Assembly (NCBI RefSeq): GCF_032444005.1
Contig: NC_091290.1
Coordinates: forward strand, 132,122,001-132,186,000
Reading direction: 5' to 3'
Length of the DNA: 64,000 nucleotides
Source of the DNA: Ranitomeya imitator
Lineage: Eukaryota
Shown here: in pieces, positions 11,588 through 23,300 of the stretch
How positions within the stretch are numbered: the first letter of the stretch is position 1
Layout: every line of letters starts with the position of its first letter
Made by a program: the position numbers and the translations under genes
The notes under the pieces: model-generated
Seen by the model: the letters and a program-made list of their open reading frames with translations, nothing else
Database searches by the model: none
What the model was told of the DNA's origin: nothing

Positions 11588-14008
11588 ATAGTAACATAGT
11601 AACATAGTTAGTAAGGCCGAAAAAAGACATTTGTCCATCCAGTTCAGCCTATATTCCATTATAATAACCTACTAACCTATAATAACCTATTAACCGCCAA
11701 GAGCAAGCGACACTACTCTGTCCTCCTCCTCCTGGACCTGTCCTCTGCCTTTGACACAGTGGACCATTCCCTATTACTACAAACCCTCTCATCCCTTGGC
11801 ATCACAGACTTGGCCCTATCCTGGATCTCATCATACCTAACTGACCGAACATTCAGTGTCTCCCACTCACACACCACCTCCTCACCTCGCCCCCTATCTG
11901 TCGGAGTCCCACAAGGTTCAGTGCTAGGGCCCCTGCTCTTCTCCATTTACACCTTTGGCCTGGGACAGCTCATAGAATCTCACGGCTTTCAGTATCATCT
12001 CTATGCTGACGACACACAGATCTACATCTCTGGACCAGATATCACCTCCCTACTAACCAGAATCCCTCAATGTCTGTCTGCTATTTCATCCTTCTTCTCC
12101 ACTAGATTTCTAAAACTTAACATGGACAAAACAGAATTCATCATCTTTCCCCCATCTCACGCGATCTCCCCAACGAACCTATCCATTACAGTAAACGGCT
12201 GCCCACTCTCCCCAGTCCCACAAGCCCGCTGTCTTGGGGTAATCCTTGACACTGATCTCTCCTTTAAACCACATATCCAAACCCTTTCCACTTCCTGCCG
12301 CCTCCAACTCAAAAATATTTCACGGATCCGCACATTCCTAAACCAAGAATCTGCAAAAACCCTAGTCCATGCCCTCATCATCTCCCGCCTTGACTACTGT
12401 AACCTCCTGCTCTGTGGCCTCCCCTCTAACACTCTTGCACCCCTCCAATCTATTCTAAACTCTGCTGCCCGACTAATCCACCTGTCCCCCCGCTATTCCC
12501 CGGCCTCTCCCCTCTGTCAATCCCTGCACTGGCTCCCCATCACCCAGAGACTCCAGTACAAAAGCCTAACCATGACATATAAAGCCATCCACAACCTGTC
12601 TCCTCCATACATCTGTGACCTCGTCTCCCGGTACTTTCCTGCACGCAACCTCCGATCCTCACAAGATCTCCTTCTCTACTCCCCTATTATCTCCTCTTCC
12701 CACAATCGCATACAAGATTTCTCTCGTGCATCCCCCCTACTCTGGAATGCTCTACCACAACATATCAGACTCTCGCCTACCATCGAAACCTTCAAAAAGA
12801 ACCTGAAGACCCACCTCTTCCGACAAGCCTACAACCTGCAGTAACCACCGATTGACCAAACCGCTGCACGGCCAGCTCTACCCTCACCTACTGTATCCTC
12901 ACCCATCCCTTGTAGATTGTGAGCCCTCGCGGGCAGGGTCCTCTCTCCTCCTGTACCAGTTGTGACTTGTATTTTTCAAGATTATTGTACTTGTTTTATT
13001 ATGTATACCCCTCCTCACATGTAAAGCGCCATGGAATAAATGGCGCTATAATAATAAATAATAATAATAATAATAATAATAAATACCCAGATCTACGTCC
13101 TTCTACAGAACCTAATAATTGTATGATACAATATTGTTCTGCTCCAGGAAGACATCCAGGCCTCTCTTGAACCCCTCGACTGAGTTCGCCATCACCACCT
13201 CCTCAGGCAAGCAATTCCAGATTCTCACTGCCCTAACAGTAAAGAATCCTCTTCTATGTTGGTGGAAAAACCTTCTCTCCTCCAGACGCAAAGAATGCCC
13301 TCTTGTGCCCGTCACCTTCCTTGGTATAAACAGATCCTCAGCGAGATATTTGTATTGTCCCCTTATATACTTATACATGGTTATTAGATCGCCCCTCAGT
13401 CGTCTTTTTTCTAGACTAAATAATCCTAATTTCGCTAATCTATCTGGGTATTGTAGTTCTCCCATCCCCTTTATTAATTTTGTTGCCCTCCTTTGTACTC
13501 TCTCTAGTTCCATTATATCCTTCCTGAGCACCGGTGCCCAAAACTGGACACAGTACTCCATGTGCGGTCTAACTAGGGATTTGTACAGAGGCAGTATAAT
13601 GCTCTCATCATGTGTATCCAGACCTCTTTTAATGCACCCCATGATCCTGTTTGCCTTGGCAGCTGCTGCCTGGCACTGGCTGCTCCAGGTAAGTTTATCA
13701 TTAACTAGGATCCCCAAGTCCTTCTCCCTGTCAGATTTACCCAGTGGTTTCCCGTTCAGTGTGTAATGGTGATATTGATTCCCTCTTCCCATGTGTATAA
13801 CCTTACATTTATCATTGTTAAACCTCATCTGCCACCTTTCAGCCCAAGTTTCCAACTTATCCAGATCCATCTGTAGCAGAATACTATCTTCTCTTGTATT
13901 AACTGCTTTACATAGTTTTGTATCATCTGCAAATATCGATATTTTACTGTGTAAACCTTCTACCAGATCATTAATGAATATGTTGAAGAGAACAGGTCCC
14001 AATACTGA
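11588..14008 (-). mobile_element. 5'-truncated CR1 LINE (pieces 11588-11667 and 13076-14008) interrupted by L2
   Basis: ORF with SVLGPVLFNIFINDL, FADDTKL, LEKRRLRGDL; 3' UTR and (TTACTATG)n tail match the copy at 21546-24002. Confidence 0.92.
11668..13075 (+). mobile_element. 5'-truncated L2-clade LINE (RT C-terminal half, ORF 11759-12844)
   Basis: [48 protein letters not shown]; 3' stem-loop GCGCCAT..ATGGCGC and (AAT)n tail. Confidence 0.92.
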
Positions 14009-14240
14009 TCTCAATGACATATTCCCTTTAAATCCAAGTTTGGACCACGTAAATGGTTCAATTGGGTTATTAAATCTGCTGCAGTGTATATTTCTAGTAA
14101 AGGGTTTCTCCAAAGATAGACATCTATCACCTATTCATAGGATAAGTGACAAGTATCTGATTGTTGGGACCCCCACCAAGAAATCACTAGAATGAGCCCC
14201 TTACTGATTCCCTGGATAAAGCTGTGGTGGATATAAGAAA

Positions 14241-16606
14241 CTAGCTATTGAACCCGTTCTACGCCTGGGTGGCGAGCATTTATATTGGTATATGGTCTCC
14301 ATCCTGGTATGTGCTGCTCCATCCTGCGCCCCCATCCTGTCATGTGCTGCTCCCATCCTGCGCCCCCGTTCTGTCATGTGCTGCTCCCATCCTGCGCCTC
14401 CATTCTGTCATTTGCTGCTCCCATCCTGTCATTTGCTGCTCCCATCCTGCGCCCGTTCTGTCATTTGCTGCTCCCATCCTGCGTCCCCGTTCTGTCATTT
14501 GCTGCTGCCATCCTGCGCCCGTTCTGTCATGTGCTGCTGCCATCCTGCGCCCGTTCTGTCATGTGCTGCTGCCATCCTGCGCCCGTTCTGTCATGTGCTG
14601 CTGCCATCCTGCGCCCGTTCTGTCATGTGCTGCTGCCATCCTGCGCCCGTTCTGTCATGTGCTGCTGCCATCCTGCGCCCGTTCTGTCATGTGCTGCTGC
14701 CATCCTGCGCCCGTTCTGTCATGTGCTGCTGCCATCCTGCGCCCGTTCTGTCATGTGCTGCTCCCATCCTGCGCCCGTTCTGTCATGTGCTGCTGCCATC
14801 CTGCGCCCGTTCTGTCATGTGCTGCTGCCATCCTGCGCCCGTTCTGTCATGTGCTGCTGCCATCCTTCGCCCGTTCTGTCATGTGCTGCTACCATCCTTC
14901 GCCCGTTCTGTCATGTGCTGCGGCCATCCTGCGCCCGTTCTGTCATGTGCTGCGGCCATCCTGCGCCCGTTCTGTCATGTGCTGCTGCCATCCTGCGCCC
15001 GTTCTGTCATGTGCTGCGGCCATCCTGCGCCCGTTCTGACATGTGCTGCTGCCATCCTGCGCCCGTTCTGTCATGTGTTGCGGCCATCCTGCGCCCGTTC
15101 TGTCATGTGCTGCTGCCATCCTGCGCCCGTTCTGTCATGTGCTGCGGCCATCCTGCGCCCGTTCTGACATGTGCTGCTGCCATCCTGCGCCCGTTCTGTC
15201 ATGTGCTGCTGCCATCCTGCGCCCGTTCTGTCATGTGCTGCGGCCATCCTGCGCCCGTTCTGACATGTGCTGCTGCCATCCTGCGCCCGTTCTGTCATGT
15301 GCTGCTGCCATCCTGCGCCCGTTCTGTCATGTGCTGCGGCCATCCTGCGCCCGTTCTGTCATGTGCTGCTGCCATCCTGCGCCCGTTCTGTCATGTGCTG
15401 CTGCCATCCTGCGCCCGTTCTGTCATGTGCTGCGGCCATCCTGCGCCCGTTCTGTCTTGTGCTGCGGCCATCCTGCGCCCGTTCTGTCATGTGCTGCGGC
15501 CATCCTGCGCCCGTTCTGTCATGTGCTGCTGCCATCCTGCGCCCGTTCTGTCATGTGCTGCTGCCATCCTGCGCCCGTTCTGTCATGTGCTGCGGCCATC
15601 CTGCGCCCGTTCTGTCTTGTGCTGCGGCCATCCTGCGCCCGTTCTGTCATGTGCTGCGGCCATCCTGCGCCCGTTCTGTCATGTGCTGCGGCCATCCTGC
15701 GGCCGTTCTGTCATGTGCTGCGGCCATCCTGAGCCCGTTCTGTCATGTGCTGCTGCCATCCTGCGCCCGTTCTGTCATGTGCTGCTGCCATCCTGCGCCC
15801 GTTCTGTCATGTGCTGCGGCCATCCTGCGCCCGTTCTGTCTTGTGCTGCGGCCATCCTGCGCCCGTTCTGTCATGTGCTGCGGCCATCCTGCGCCCGTTC
15901 TGTCATGTGCTGCGGCCATCCTGCGGCCGTTCTGTCATGTGCTGCGGCCATCCTGAGCCCGTTCTGTCATGTGCTGCTGCCATCCTGCGCCCGTTCTGTC
16001 ATGTGCTGCTCCCATCCTGCGCCACCATTGTATTATATGCCCCCCGCTCCAGTGTGTATGCCCCCGAATGCTGCTGCCATATAAAAAAAAAAAAAATACC
16101 ATACTCACCTATCGTCCGGCTCCACTGCAGGTATGTCTTCAAGAAAATGGCGCCGGAAAGCGGGGACTGCGCAGGCGCCGATTCCGGCAGCAGGAATCGG
16201 CGCCTGCGCAGTCCGCGCTTTCCGGCGCCATTTTCTTGAAGACACACCTGCAGTGGAGCCGGAGTGTGTCTTCAAGAAAATGGCGCCGGAAAGCGCGGAC
16301 TGCGCAGGCGCCGATTCCGGCAGCAGGAATCGGTGCCTGCGCAGTCCACGCCCTCCGGAGCCGGGAGCAGAGGAGCCGGGAGACGGAGCCGCAAGCAGCG
16401 CTGGAACCGGGAAAGGTGAGTATACTTACCCTCCCTCCTGGCGGTCCCTGACTCTCCGGTGGAGATCGCGGTGTGCGTTCAGTGCTTACGCATACCGCGA
16501 TCTCCCGGGAGCGTCGCTCTGTGAGGCCCAGACTGCGCCGGCGCTTGCGCTTGCGCAGTCTATAGAGGCTTCGGTCAGAGTGACGCTCCCAGCGTTATAT
16601 TATAGA
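14241..16606 (-). mobile_element. Non-autonomous Helitron family B with a 32-bp internal array
   Basis: Minus strand starts A|TCTATAATATAACGC and ends with the ACCCA/G..CGGGT hairpin then TCAATAGCTAG|T; no TSD. Confidence 0.8.
14310..16022. repeat. 32-bp tandem array (CATCCTGCGCCCGTTCTGTCATGTGCTGCTGC), about 53 copies
   Basis: Visible periodicity; translations repeat every 32 aa (3 units). Confidence 0.95.
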
Positions 16607-17234
16607 TGGTATAAGATCCAGCGACTGTATAATAAAGCCTTGTTGGCACAGTCCAGGATGTTCTGAATACATTTCTGGGAGAACAATGGTCGTTTGCATC
16701 ATACCCTTGGCATCTTATTAGTGGCACATGGTATCTATTACAAGAGCGTGCTCAAGTTTTCAGGGCGCAGAGCATAAAAGGCTTCATAATGCCACAATGA
16801 CAATACTTGTCCCCCGGTGCCTGTGCCCCCTTCCAGTCCCTCCGCGCTGAAAAACCAGATGAGAGGAATTCGGACTGTCGGGAGGTTGGCACTCGATCAA
16901 ACCGTGAGAACAATGAATGACAGTGAGTGGAGAGAGAACAAGATCACGCACTGGTGAAAGAGCGTCCTGCACAGATTTACCAGATGTCTATGAACTAATT
17001 GCTATTACAGGACCGGCGGTTTTACAAAATCTCATCCCCGCGCTGCGAAGAAGGATCTAAAGTGAAAAATTGACCAGTCCTGGAGGATGAAATTGGCAGC
17101 TCAATCTGCACGATTTCTCACTGCGGAAAATCCACAGTGGACAAGTCCTGTGTGCACATAGCGTCATAGTCCTATACTCTTTAGGACAAGTTCACACATC
17201 GAGTGGATTTTCGTGCAGTCCTCAAGGGTCGTAT

Positions 17235-17385
17235 TCTCTTTTCGACACCGTCCTGCCACTTTTTGTGTCTCTTTTCGGCATCGTCCTGCCACTTTTTGTG
17301 TCTCTTTTCGGCACCGTCCTGCCACCCTTTGTGTCTCTTTTCGACACCGTCCTGCCACCTTTTGTGTCTCTTTTCGGCACTTTCC
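17235..17385. repeat. 33-bp tandem repeat, about 4.5 copies
   Basis: Unit TCTCTTTTCGACACCGTCCTGCCACTTTTTGTG; gives the 11-aa repeat CRKETQKVAGR on -. Confidence 0.85.
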
Positions 17386-17833
17386 CGGCACCTTTTTTGT
17401 TAACTTAGCCATTTACGGAGTTGCTGCGGACACAGTATGGCCTCCGTCCCGTCAGTATCGGTCTTTTTTAGACATGACCAAAAACTTAGCAGTCCAAACA
17501 TACATTCCCGGGATGGAGGCCAGACAGTGTCCAAAGTGACACCATTGGTCTCCATCAAGGTTTTTATTTGGGAAAACCTATTTTTTGGGTATTCTGATGG
17601 AAACCCTGGGGCAGTGCTCAGTGGACAGCACTGTAAATGTGTGGATCTGGCCAAACATGGACTATTAGTTACGAGAAGGAAACTATACCCGAGGAAGAAG
17701 GGGAAACCCTGGTTTGTTAGGGAAACTATTTGAAGTTTTATATCAGGGTAGTCGAAAAGAAGAAAAGCCATCAGCTCACCAACCATAATAGTTCTAATGC
17801 AAAGATCTTCGGGACCGGTATTCCCGAGCTGAC

Positions 17834-18120
17834 AAAATTGGGAAGGGATAGTGGAATCCAGCATCAGAACTATTAAAAAAAATCAATTCTTTATTGGATC
17901 AACATTAAAAACAAGAATAAAATAAGCCAAATGGGACATGAAACACCTTACGCGTTTCGGTATGGGTACCTATGAGTATGGACATCATTGTGTTAAACGC
18001 TTAAGGTGTTACGTGTCCTATTTGGCTTATTTTATTCTTGTTTTTAATGTTGATCCAATAAAGAATTGATTTTTTTTTTTATAGTTCCGATGCTGGATTT
18101 CACTATCCTTTCCCAATTTT
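17834..18120. repeat. Long inverted repeat (about 124-bp arms, 37-bp spacer), possibly Penelope-like pseudo-LTRs
   Basis: Arms 17834-17957 and 17995-18120 are reverse complements with a few mismatches; CGAAACGCGT and AATAAA motifs. Family assignment is inferred. Confidence 0.6.
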
Positions 18121-20052
18121 ACATAGGGGTACGTGGCCATAAGTGTTGGAGGATCCTGGGGGGAGGGAGAGATGAGCTTTTGTGAAAAAAAAAAAAAAAC
18201 AATGACCATATGGTGGAAAAAGGATAGAGCAACGATTGTTGGGATCAATAATGAGGGTAGTGTAGAGCAATTCTTAGGGGGCAGCACAAATTTGGAAAGC
18301 AAAGAGCTACTCAGCCTTTCCTGTCAATGGGAAAATGACTGTGTTTGGATGGATAAGATTGGTTTAGCGGTGGACCATGGGAGATTATCACAAGCTATGA
18401 AGCAGGGTGAACTTGGATATCTGGTGGGTACAGTTGTTAATTGGTAGGTCTCCAAAATGTTGGGCTCTTGGATAGTGACAGGGTAGACAGCTTTGGCACG
18501 CGATTGAGGTCAGGTTCCTCTGTAGTGAGGACAGATCTCTCTTGGAAAGAGTAGTTCGGTGGTGGACCTCGATAGCTTACCACCAAGAGGAACCGAGGGT
18601 ATTTGGAACCTGGACAGTCACCCGGTAGATAGCCGGTTTAGGTCACCCTCCTCCAGGGCTGTGAAATAAGGGGTGGCATTGCCATAGCTAATCGTCGTGT
18701 ACGTTTATTGATTACGGCTGAATCCCTAGGTTTTATCGAATACACATATGACCACCATAGATAGTTGCCACTCTTTGCTATAATAAAGCAGGACCATGCA
18801 GTCCGTAAGACACGACTTTGTGTTAAGAAGGTGACGACTTTAACAACTCTTCCCATATTTGCAAAAGGTAAAGCCTATAGGGTTGTCACTGTAGAATAAA
18901 AACAAGGACAAACGCTGCAGAACATGGACGATGAAAACGGCATTTTTTTTTTCTAAAAAAGGATGAAATCATTTCCCTTGCTGGTATGATTCATTGTAGA
19001 CGTGCAGATTTAATGTATGACGTACACCGTGTATGTGCTGAAGCTGTCATATAATAACTCCAGAACTAGAGGATCTTCATATAAGGACGCTGTGTCTTGT
19101 GTCTGCCATCTGGAACTGAGAAATACATTTGTTTCCAATCAGATGTCAGATTCTTTCCACATGGGGTTTATACGCATTTCCATGTATATACAGTTGTGTT
19201 TGATATTCTTACTAAGTGCAACTGGACGACACAGTATCGTCGCCACCAGCCTGCTGTGGAGGGAAGTGTAAGAGACGTCTCGCTGACTTTACAATAAACT
19301 AAGCATTCTTATCGACGTGAGATGACATCAAACACATGAGTCCCGTTCACTTCAGTAAGAGGAGTCTGCCTACGTGAATATACAGAGCTGCCCCCATCAA
19401 TATCCCCTGTGGGCAAACTAAAGGGTGCCCAGAGGACTCACTGGAACCATTTTGAGTCTATAGGGGACGATCAAACTCTTCTTTGGACTCCTCCTTTTAC
19501 CTTGTGCACATGGATTCTCTTAATATTTTTGTTAGACACACCAGGTAAGGTGGATCCTCCGAGCACAAGGTCTGGGTGCGCTCACGAGTGTCAGCACAGC
19601 AGATAAGAGGCACACAAGGGACATGGATCGCCAAGGGACAGGAGCCTGCAGGCAGGCAGAGGATATCAGGAAACCACAGGCAGGCAGGGAACATCAGGAA
19701 ACTTCAGGCAGAAAGACGTCAAGAAACCGCAGGCAGGCACATGTAGTGCAGAATACCGCAAACAGGCGGAGGATGTCAGGAGACCGCAGGCAGGTGTGCG
19801 AAGTGCAGGAAACCGCAGACAGGCAGTAGACATTAGGAGACCGCAGGCAGGTGGCGTGCAGAAAAAGGTGTGTAGCAAACCAAGGTTTAGGAACACAGAA
19901 GTCTTAATGCAATATCAAAACAGAAGGGTGAGTCTCGGTGACCCTTATTTAAACACGGGCGGATGCTCGCATGGGATCACATCGGGAAATCTGCATAGCC
20001 TGACGTGGAGCACAGCAGAGTCTATTGGACCACAGAAGCCATGTGTTCTTCT

Positions 20053-20188
20053 AAGCAGCTGCCTAGCACTCTGAAAATGAAAATGGTGGAGGTCTACAAA
20101 GCAGATAAAAAGATATCAAAGTGTTTTCAAGTTGCCCTTTCCGCACTGTGAATTATAATTATGAAATAGCAGCGAACAGGAACAGTGG
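20053..20188 (+). mobile_element. Tc1 transposase N-terminal fragment
   Basis: Reads KQLPSTLKMKMVEVYKA... then degenerates through frameshifts, resembling the Tc1 paired-like DNA-binding region. Confidence 0.45.
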
Positions 20189-20344
20189 TATGTGAGAAGG
20201 ACCTGCCATGACGTCACGGTCATGTGACCGAGAAGTCATCACAGGTCCTGCGCTCATACCAACCCTGGAACCGGAAGCTGCCGTGGACTACAGAGGGCCC
20301 TCGGAAAGGAGAGAATATGTTTATTTTTTAAACTGTGACAAACC

Positions 20345-23300
20345 TGGCTGGGCAATATACTACGTAGCTGAGCAATATACTACGTAGCTGGGCAATATAC
20401 TACGTGGCTGGGCAATATGCTACGTAGTTGGGCAATATAATATGTGACTGGCCAATATACTACGTGGCTCTGTGCTGTATACTACGTCACTGGGCAATAT
20501 ACTACGTTACTGGGCAATATACTACGTTACTGGGCAATAAACTACGTGGCTGGCCAATATACTACGTGGCTGCGCAATATACTACGTGGCTCTGTGCTGT
20601 ATACTATGTAACTGGGCAATATACTACGTGGCTGGGCAATATACTACGTGACTGGGCAATATACTACGTGGCTGGGCAATATACTACGTGGCTGGGCAAT
20701 ACACTATGTGGCTCTGCTATATACTATGTGGCTCTGCTATATACTATGTGGCTGAGCAATATACTACGTGGCTGGGCAATATACTACGTGGCTGGGCAAT
20801 ATACTACGTGGCTGGGCAATATACTCACGTGGCTGGGCAATATACTACGTGGCTCTGTGCTGTATACTACGTAACTGGGCAATATACTACTGGGCAATAT
20901 ACTACGTGGCTGGGCAATATACTACGTGGCTGGGCAATATACTACGTGACTGGGCAATATACTACGTGACTGGGCAATATACTACGTGACTGGGCAATAT
21001 ACTACGTGACTGGGCAATATACTACGTGACTGGGCAATATACTACGTGGCTGGGCAATATACTACGTGACTGGGCAATATGCTACGTAGCTGGGCAATAT
21101 ACTACGTGACTGGGCAATATACTACGTGACTGGGCAATATACTACGTGGCTGGGCAATATACTACGTGACTGGGCAATATACTACGTGGCTGGGTAATAT
21201 ACTACGTGGCTGGGCAATATACTACGTGACTGGGCAATATACTACGTGGCTGGGCAATATACTACGTGTCTGGGCAGTATACTACGTGACTGGGCAATAT
21301 ACTATGTGGCTGGGCAATATACTACGTGGCTGGGCAGTATGCTACGTGACTGGGCAGTATACTACGTGTCTGGGCAGTATACTACGTGACTGGGCAGTAT
21401 ACTACGTGGCTGGGCAATATACTACGTGGCTGGGCAATATACTACGTGACTGGGCAATATACTACGTGACTGGGCAATATACTACGTGACTGGGCAATAT
21501 ACTACGTGGCTGGGCAATATACTACGTGACTGGGCAATATACTACCCGGATATTAACTGGGAAACAGAAACCTGTGAAACCCATAAAGGCAACAGGTTTC
21601 TGCTAATAACCAAGAAAAATTATCTTTCACAATTGGTGCAGAATCCAACCAGAGGAGCAGCACTTTTAGACCTAATACTATCTAATAGACCTGACAGAAT
21701 AACAAATCTGCAGGTGGTTGGGCATCTAGGAAATAGCGACCACAATATTGTACAGTTTCACCTGTCTTTCACTAGGGGGACTTGTCAGGGAGTCACAAAA
21801 ACACTGAACTTTAGGAAGGCAAAGTTTGACCAGCTTAGAGATGCCCTTAATCTGGTAGACTGGGACAATATCCTCAGAAATAAGAATACAGATAATAAAT
21901 GGGAAATGTTTAAGAACATCCTAAATAGGCAGTGTAAGCGGTTTATACCTTGTGGGAATAAAAGGACTAGAAATAGGAAAAACCCAATGTGGCTAAACAA
22001 AGAAGTAAGACAGGCAATTAACAGTAAAAAGAAAGCATTTGCACTACTAAAGCAGGATGGCACCATTGAAGCTCTAAAAAACTATAGGGAGAAAAATACT
22101 TTATCTAAAAAACTAATTAAAGCTGCCAAAAAGGAAACAGAGAAGCACATTGCTAAGGAGAGTAAAACTAATCCCAAACTGTTCTTCAACTATATCAATA
22201 GTAAAAGAATAAAAACTGAAAATGTAGGCCCCTTAAAAAATAGTGAGGAAAGAATGGTTGTAGATGACGAGGAAAAAGCTAACATATTAAACACCTTCTT
22301 CTCCACGGTATTCACGGTGGAAAATGAAATGCTAGGTGAAATCCCAAGAAACAATGAAAACCCTATATTAAGGGTCACCAATCTAACCCAAGAAGAGGTG
22401 CGAAATCGGCTAAATAAGATTAAAATAGATAAATCTCCGGGTCCGGATGGCATACACCCACGAGTACTAAGAGAACTAAGTAATGTAATAGATAAACCAT
22501 TTTTTCTTATTTTTAGGGACTCTATAGCGACAGGGTCTGTTCCGCAGGATTGGCGCATAGCAAATGTGGTGCCAATATTCAAAAAGGGCTCTAAAAGTGA
22601 ACCTGGAAATTATAGGCCAGTAAGTCTAACCTCTATTGTTGGTAAAATATTTGAAGGGTTTCTGAGGGATGTTATTCTGGATTATCTCAATGAGAATAAC
22701 TGTTTAACTCCATATCAGCATGGGTTTAAGAGAAATCGCTCCTGTCAAACCAATCTAATCAGTTTTTATGAAGAGGTAAGCTATAGACTGGACCACGGTG
22801 AGTCATTGGACGTGGTATATCTCGATTTTTCCAAAGCGTTTGATACCGTGCCGCACAAGAGGTTGGTACACAAAATGAGAATGCTTGGTCTGGGGGAAAA
22901 TGTGTGTAAATGGGTTAGTAACTGGCTTAGTGATAGAAAGCAGAGGGTGGTTATAAATGGTAGAGTCTCTAACTGGGTCGCTGTGACCAGTGGGGTACCG
23001 CAGGGGTCAGTATTGGGACCTGTTCTCTTCAACATATTCATTAATGATCTGGTAGAAGGTTTACACAGTAAAATATCGATATTTGCAGATGATACAAAAC
23101 TATGTAAAGCAGTTAATACAAGAGAAGATAGTATTCTGCTACAGATGGATCTGGATAAGTTGGAAACTTGGGCTGAAAGGTGGCAGATGAGGTTTAACAA
23201 TGATAAAAATAAGGTTATACACATGGGAAGAAGGAATCAATATCACCATTACACACTGAACGGGAAACCACTGGGTAAATCTGACAGGGAGAAGGACTTG

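Larger units (their letters stand above)
11110..14027. mobile_element. TTAA-target MITE split by a CR1 insertion (pieces 11110-11588 and 14006-14027)
   Basis: TTAA|AGGGAATCTG at the left, ATATTCCCT|TTAA at the right; long subterminal inverted repeats; TGATCTCA duplicated around the inserted LINEs. Confidence 0.75.

Noticed and set aside
14009-14113. N-terminal 35 aa of the 333-aa minus-strand ORF
   Set aside because: Read-through beyond the CR1 5' truncation into the MITE end and flank.
14248-16451. Long Cys-rich ORFs (up to 599 aa)
   Set aside because: They are translations of the 32-bp array, open in several frames with a 32-aa period, and have no gene structure.
19540-20040. Possible LTR-retrotransposon remnant (GCAGGCAGG..CAGGAAAC repeats); similar case at 39230-39620
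   Set aside because: No paired LTR, TSD, PBS or coding motif could be identified.
21486-21545. N-terminus of the 805-aa ORF as a satellite-CR1 fusion protein
   Set aside because: It starts at a GTG inside the satellite, with no in-frame ATG or promoter evident; the first 20 codons are array sequence.
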